Source: Candidatus Melainabacteria bacterium
GTDB taxonomy: Bacteria; Cyanobacteriota; Vampirovibrionia; 2-02-FULL-35-15
DNA: 64,000 nt
Assembly: GCA_023250155.1 (NCBI GenBank)
Contig: JAHFBG010000003.1
Coordinates: 102,040-166,039, forward strand
Reading direction: 5' to 3'
The notes beneath the pieces are model-generated. The model did not search any database and was not told the DNA's origin. It saw only the letters and a program-made list of their open reading frames with translations. Numbering within the stretch: position 1 is the first letter of the stretch; every line of letters begins with the position of its first letter. Of the stretch, positions 58,993 to 64,000 are shown in pieces. A program made the translations under genes and the position numbers.

Positions 58993-60432
58993 ATGGTAAA
59001 ACAAACCAGAGATAAAAGAGCAAGAATTAGAGGACGGATAACAAAAGCCTGCCTTACTCTTTTTACATTTTGTTTTGTATTTGTAAACTCTCAACTCTCA
59101 GTGCTTAGCTTTAATTATGAAGCTGATTATGATTCTATAATTGTTCATCCAAAGAAACAGCTACTAAGATCAAAAAGAATTGGTTCATTAATGTATAGAA
59201 GCGGTGTTCAAAGATTCCAAAAAATTAAAGATGATGTTTTTGTAATTCCTTTAGATACTAATAATAGAACTTCTAACAAAGAAACTATTTCACAATTACA
59301 ACAAAGTGGTTTATATGATTTAGTAGAGCCCGACTATAAGTTTTCTCTCGATCAAGAACCCACTGATAGAAAATATGTAAGAATTGCTACTCATAAAGCT
59401 GTAATAGAAGTACCGGGCAACAATTCAGAAGTACCGGGCAACAATTCAGAAGCACCAAGCATCAATTCTCCTGAGATAACAAATACTAATTTAAGTATTA
59501 ATAAGGTTCAAGAAATTACACCTAATGATAAAGGGTTTTCTTCACAGTACTACTTAAGAGAAATCAATGCAACAAAAGCATGGAATACAGCTCTTGGAAA
59601 TGAAATATCAGTTGGCGTGCTGGATACAGGTGTTGATGCAAATCACCCTGATTTAATTGGTAAAGTAAGTGGTGGGATTAATTTAAATGATCAGGATGTA
59701 AAAGATACTATAGGGCATGGAACAAGTGTGGCAGGAATAATAGCTGCAAACACTAATAACAATCAAGGAATTGCAGGGATAGGATGGAATACAAAAATAA
59801 TCTCAATGCGGGTTACAGATGATGTAGGACAGGCAAGAGTATCTACAGTAGTTACAGCATTAGATGAAGCACATAAGAGAGGGATAAAAATTGTTCAACT
59901 TAGCTTGAGTACAAATCAATTTTCTCAAACTTTAAAAAGAGCTATTGAAGAAGCACAAAGCAATGGTATTTTAATTATCTCTACAGGTGGCAATACAGGC
60001 GTAGAGGAAATCCGTTATCCAGCTGCATTTGATGGAGTAATTGGTGTAGGAGCAGTTGGTGAAACAAAAGAGCTTGAATATTATAGTACTACGGGTGATC
60101 ATATTAGCCTTGTAGCACCGGGCTCTGATATTTATACTACAGCTATAGATTCCAGCTATGACAAAGTTACTGGAACATCCTTTGCTGCTCCACAAGTAGC
60201 AGGTGCTGCTGCTTTAGTCTGGTCTATTTCACCAAACTTAACAAACAATGAAGTAAGAGATATTCTTCTTAAATCCGCTGATGATCTAGGACAAGAAGGT
60301 AAAGATAAAGAGTTTGGTTATGGACATTTAAATATTGAGAAGGCAGTAGAGTTAGCAAAAGGTAATGATTCACCACAGTCCAATCCCACAACAACAAATT
60401 CAATAGAAATAAAATCGTGGATTAAGAGATAA
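58993..60432 (+). CDS. Secreted subtilisin-like serine protease (S8)
   Basis: VGVLDTG, HGTSVAG, GTSFAAP triad; hydrophobic N-terminal segment, propeptide VEPDY; 21-bp tandem duplication EVPGNNS x2. Confidence 0.93.
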   Translation: MVKQTRDKRARIRGRITKACLTLFTFCFVFVNSQLSVLSFNYEADYDSIIVHPKKQLLRSKRIGSLMYRSGVQRFQKIKDDVFVIPLDTNNRTSNKETISQLQQSGLYDLVEPDYKFSLDQEPTDRKYVRIATHKAVIEVPGNNSEVPGNNSEAPSINSPEITNTNLSINKVQEITPNDKGFSSQYYLREINATKAWNTALGNEISVGVLDTGVDANHPDLIGKVSGGINLNDQDVKDTIGHGTSVAGIIAANTNNNQGIAGIGWNTKIISMRVTDDVGQARVSTVVTALDEAHKRGIKIVQLSLSTNQFSQTLKRAIEEAQSNGILIISTGGNTGVEEIRYPAAFDGVIGVGAVGETKELEYYSTTGDHISLVAPGSDIYTTAIDSSYDKVTGTSFAAPQVAGAAALVWSISPNLTNNEVRDILLKSADDLGQEGKDKEFGYGHLNIEKAVELAKGNDSPQSNPTTTNSIEIKSWIKR

Positions 60433-60434
60433 AA

Positions 60435-61148
60435 TTATTTATATACGACGTTTTCTATAATACTTTCAAACAATCGCTTTCCATCTTCACTACCTAAAAT
60501 ATTTTCACAAGCACGTTCTGGATGAGGCATCATACCAAGGACATTTATAGAATTGAGAGTTGAGAATTGAGAATTGAGTGTAGAGCCTGTAATACCAGCT
60601 ATGTTGTTTATAGATCCATTTGGATTACTTCGCTCACTTACGTTTCCATCCTTATCACAGTACTGAAAAACTATTTGGCTTTTATCAAGATCTTTTGAAA
60701 CATATCTTCCATCACCATGAGCAATAGGAAGTTTTATAATTTCACCTTCTTTATAGAGTCTTGTAAAAGGTGTTTTATTGTTTACTACTTTTAAATAAAC
60801 TTCATCACAAATAAAATTTAAAGATTTGTTTCTAGTTAATGCACCGGGTAGTAATCCTATTTCACAAAGTATTTGAAATCCATTACATATACCTATTATA
60901 AGCCCACCTTTATTTGCAAAGTCTATTACAGACGGAATTATTTTAGAGAATCGTGCTATAGCACCAGATCTTAAATAATCACCATAACTAAATCCACCAG
61001 GAAGTACTATACAGTCTATTCCTTGTGGTAATTTTTCTTCATCGTGAAAGACTTCTACTACATCTTGCTTTAAGATATCTTTTAAAACATAAACACAGTC
61101 TTTATCACAATTTGAGCCTGGAAAAGTAATGACAGAGAATTTCATCAC
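60435..61148 (-). CDS. purQ: Phosphoribosylformylglycinamidine synthase subunit PurQ
   Basis: [42 protein letters not shown]. Confidence 0.97.
   Translation of the reverse strand: MMKFSVITFPGSNCDKDCVYVLKDILKQDVVEVFHDEEKLPQGIDCIVLPGGFSYGDYLRSGAIARFSKIIPSVIDFANKGGLIIGICNGFQILCEIGLLPGALTRNKSLNFICDEVYLKVVNNKTPFTRLYKEGEIIKLPIAHGDGRYVSKDLDKSQIVFQYCDKDGNVSERSNPNGSINNIAGITGSTLNSQFSTLNSINVLGMMPHPERACENILGSEDGKRLFESIIENVVYK
60550..60585. repeat. Heptamer repeat (GAATTGA-type) inside purQ
   Basis: gaattga gagttga gaattga gaattga gtgtaga, read as [12 protein letters not shown]. Confidence 0.85.
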
Positions 61149-61224
61149 TTTTTATTGTATCATTTGTTTTTATGGTCTACCTTAAAAACAATTATTCCTT
61201 CAAGAATCATCATAGTTTATTTCC

Positions 61225-61971
61225 TTATACTTTGTTAAGTTTGACAAGTAAGTCTATGGCTGCATCCTGAGCTAGTTTATTTTCAGTCTTTTTTGCAATC
61301 TCTCCTAAAGTCTCTACTGAATATTGATCTTTTTTAAGATGAGCAAGCAGGTTTATATGATTTGGATTAGAGAGTTTTATAAGTGCAAACTCAGTAACAT
61401 CTTTACCTAAATCTTTATAAACATCTGCTCCTAAAGAAAGAGCATTTATAACCTTTCTTATAAGAGCTTCGGTTACTTTAAACCTGGTCCTCTCATATGA
61501 AAATGAAGGTTTTTTATTTGTAGCAAACTTAAATAATACTGCTGTAGCCTCTTTTGTAGGAATATTTTCTAGAGCTGTTATAACTGCAGACCGAAAGTCA
61601 ATTTCACCATCTAAAGTATAATTGTATCGCCTATTCTCAGACCAATCATTTTTTTCTAATAAAGAACCTAGTACTGGTACTGCTTCTTGTGCTTTCATAT
61701 CTCCAAGTGCTTTTGCTGCAGCTATACGATATATAATGCTATCTCCGTTATCTTGAAGTATTGCTATTAAATTTGGTATTGCCATAGATAGGTGGCGTAC
61801 TGCTATAGTTTCTATAGCTTTGCAGCGTAAATGCAGGTCTGGGCTATTTAAGTTAGAAGTTATTTGTCTCCAGGTCCAATCAGGTGTAGTTTCTCGCCCA
61901 CTAGCTATTTTTTCATCTATTGCAAAAGCTATTCTTGAATTGTTTGTAGGGCCTATAGGACTTATAAACAT
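61225..61971 (-). CDS. HEAT-repeat protein
   Basis: AIPNLIAILQD...RIAAAKALGDMKAQEAVPVL; AAGGAG RBS. Confidence 0.8.
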   Translation of the reverse strand: MFISPIGPTNNSRIAFAIDEKIASGRETTPDWTWRQITSNLNSPDLHLRCKAIETIAVRHLSMAIPNLIAILQDNGDSIIYRIAAAKALGDMKAQEAVPVLGSLLEKNDWSENRRYNYTLDGEIDFRSAVITALENIPTKEATAVLFKFATNKKPSFSYERTRFKVTEALIRKVINALSLGADVYKDLGKDVTEFALIKLSNPNHINLLAHLKKDQYSVETLGEIAKKTENKLAQDAAIDLLVKLNKV

Positions 61972-62054
61972 TGTTATGTCTCCTTGTTTAAATTAGTGGA
62001 ATTACTATATCAAATCTCTTACTAATCTCAAATATGACTTTATAGCTTGACTGT

Positions 62055-62573
62055 TTAAAATGTCTTGTCCAAGACTACTTCAATAGCATCACTTATAGAC
62101 TCTTGTACTTCTATATAATACTGAGTTATCATTTCTTTTTTTGCAGCTTCAAGATTTTCCAAAGCTTTATGTAGTGCTGGTAGTGAATCTTTTGTACCTA
62201 TTCTTTCAAGTGCATATACTGCTCTACTAGTTCGTTCAGAAGGTTTCTCTTCTAGAATTTCACAAAGTATTTTTTCTGCATCTTTTGATCTATATCCTAT
62301 TTCTCTAAGGATATCTATTGCAGCTAAATGAGTATCTTCAGTGTAATTAGAATAGTCTCTTAGTATTCCAGTAAGCACTGGAATTGCTTGTTCTTTTTTT
62401 TCTTTAATTTTATTAACTACAAGGTCTAAAGTTATAGTCCTACCATCACCTAAAAGTCTGACTAGTGCTTGTATTTGTTTATCTGTCAGTTTTAAATCTT
62501 GTGCTTCACCTGCAGCTCTAAACTCAGGTGCATAAACAAGCTTTCTTTCAAGAGATTTATTTAAGTAAATCAT
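62055..62573 (-). CDS. HEAT-repeat protein
   Basis: AIPVLTGIL..AAIDILREIG; AVYALERIGTKDSLPAL. Confidence 0.75.
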   Translation of the reverse strand: MIYLNKSLERKLVYAPEFRAAGEAQDLKLTDKQIQALVRLLGDGRTITLDLVVNKIKEKKEQAIPVLTGILRDYSNYTEDTHLAAIDILREIGYRSKDAEKILCEILEEKPSERTSRAVYALERIGTKDSLPALHKALENLEAAKKEMITQYYIEVQESISDAIEVVLDKTF

Positions 62574-62664
62574 TTTTATATTGGGTACAGATTAAAATTG
62601 CTTACTACTATAGCAGAAGTGTTTCTTAATGTACAACTATACTGAATAAGGTTAAAAATATTTC

Positions 62665-63897
62665 TTATAATTCGTTCCACGGAATTGCATAGATATTATC
62701 CTCTAGTTTCATTGCACCTGAGAATTTCCCAATTAAGAACCCTTTTTTAATGCCATATTTTTTATATTCCTCCATAAAAATTTTCAAATGTTTAATGTGT
62801 TCTTTTCTAGGAGTATTTGTATATTTGATTTCTATAGGAATTAATTCATCTTCAGTTTGGATTATAAAATCAACTTCTAGTCCAGTTTTTGTACGCCAAA
62901 AATAATACTTATAGTAAGGATATGCATATTTGATTCTCTTTATTAACTCTAAAATTATAAATTGTTCAAAGAGCTTACCACCTGTTTCAGTTTTTAACAC
63001 TGCTTCATTTATGTGTGTTCTAGAGGCTTCATTTCGAATTCCTACATCAAAAAAAATATAGCGAGGGGTAGATAAAATTTGTTTCCTACTTTTCTTTTGA
63101 AAAGGTGGAATTGAAAATGTTATTAAAGTATCTTCTAAAAGCTGGAAATAATTTTGTACGGTGCTTACCGATATCCCGGTCTCCTGAGATAGCCTAGATA
63201 GATTTGGTGCGCTACCTGATTCATGTGCAGACAGTTCAAGAAATTTTGAAAATGCCCCAAGATTTCTTGCAAGAGCTTCTATTCTAATTTCCTCTTCAAG
63301 ATAATTTAAAACATATGACTTTAACAATTTGCTCTTAAATTCTTGCTGTTCTGTAACTACTCCAGGCAAAGAACCATGTATTAAAAGTTCTTCTAAAGAA
63401 ATTTTCAATTTGTTTCCTCCCTTTACTTTAATAGGAAGAATTTGTTGGTTCTCAGTATTGAAAATTTCAGGAATAATTAATGGGTGCATATATTCTACAA
63501 ACACTCTGCCAGGAAGAAGATTTACATCTTTTGCTCTTAATTTTCTAGCAGAAGAACCTGTTAAAATAACAGAAATTTTATTTTTGTATTTGTCAATTAA
63601 ATACTGACATCCATCAAGCAACTGTGGAATCTTTTGAACTTCATCTATATATAAAATCAAAGATTCTGATTCTAATATTTTTTCAGCCTTTGAGCTTATC
63701 ATTTCAGGATGGAGTATTAACTCTTGGAATGTAGGAATATCCTGAAGTCTATATATAAGGGTTTTGTTCTTTTTGCAGGACTGTAAATAGTTCTCTATAA
63801 GTGTACTTTTTCCTACCTGTCTTGGACCAAGCAATAAAATGCTTTTAGAAGCATCTAAATACTTTTCAATTTGACTTGTTATATACCTATTTAGCAT
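62665..63897 (-). CDS. AAA_14/DUF4143 family ATPase
   Basis: GPRQVGKS, IDEVQK, TGSSARKL, LLPGR, GSLP, FFDVG, EVDF..IEIK, AIPW. Confidence 0.9.
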   Translation of the reverse strand: MLNRYITSQIEKYLDASKSILLLGPRQVGKSTLIENYLQSCKKNKTLIYRLQDIPTFQELILHPEMISSKAEKILESESLILYIDEVQKIPQLLDGCQYLIDKYKNKISVILTGSSARKLRAKDVNLLPGRVFVEYMHPLIIPEIFNTENQQILPIKVKGGNKLKISLEELLIHGSLPGVVTEQQEFKSKLLKSYVLNYLEEEIRIEALARNLGAFSKFLELSAHESGSAPNLSRLSQETGISVSTVQNYFQLLEDTLITFSIPPFQKKSRKQILSTPRYIFFDVGIRNEASRTHINEAVLKTETGGKLFEQFIILELIKRIKYAYPYYKYYFWRTKTGLEVDFIIQTEDELIPIEIKYTNTPRKEHIKHLKIFMEEYKKYGIKKGFLIGKFSGAMKLEDNIYAIPWNEL

Positions 63898-64000
63898 ATA
63901 ACTAATATACCACTATGGTACAAATTAGTAAACTAAATTTAGGGTATACTCTATAAATAGTAAACACTTGAATGTTTTAATTAGAATTTGTTTTAGGATT

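Overview
AT-rich bacterial chromosomal window. The likely source is a non-photosynthetic relative of Cyanobacteria (Melainabacteria/Vampirovibrionia). This is an inference from a cyanobacterial-like 6S RNA candidate, an outer-membrane gene set (kdsB, tonB-exbBD) and no photosynthesis genes in the window. Housekeeping blocks (ugd end, phoU, ispF, dnaX-pth-dxr-valS, kdsB, prpDBC-udg, purB, proB-tatC, tonB-exbB-exbD, ridA, purQ) alternate with accessory stretches of orphan, secreted or membrane proteins. Main observations: (1) a stand-alone tetra-acyl-carrier-domain protein coupled to an AlkP-superfamily phosphodiesterase, with a Ser-less ACP-like gene and a broken copy of its N-terminal domain but no PKS/NRPS/FAS genes; (2) an array of EF-hand membrane proteins and lipoproteins; (3) a c-di-GMP-I riboswitch with a ~105-nt hairpin extension of P3 in front of a subtilase; (4) an unassigned 124-nt rod-shaped RNA candidate; (5) a 40-aa (CxC-SP)-repeat peptide missing from the ORF track, among several Cys-rich secreted proteins, one or two of them frameshifted; (6) a transglutaminase-DUF58 fusion; (7) a AAA/DUF4143 ATPase gene flanked by a duplicated udg 3' end; (8) heptamer repeats and GTAG..CTAC REP-like palindromes sitting in frame inside core genes. 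I saw no CRISPR array, tRNA, rRNA, integrase, transposase or reverse transcriptase. All family calls come from motif recognition by eye; no searches were run.
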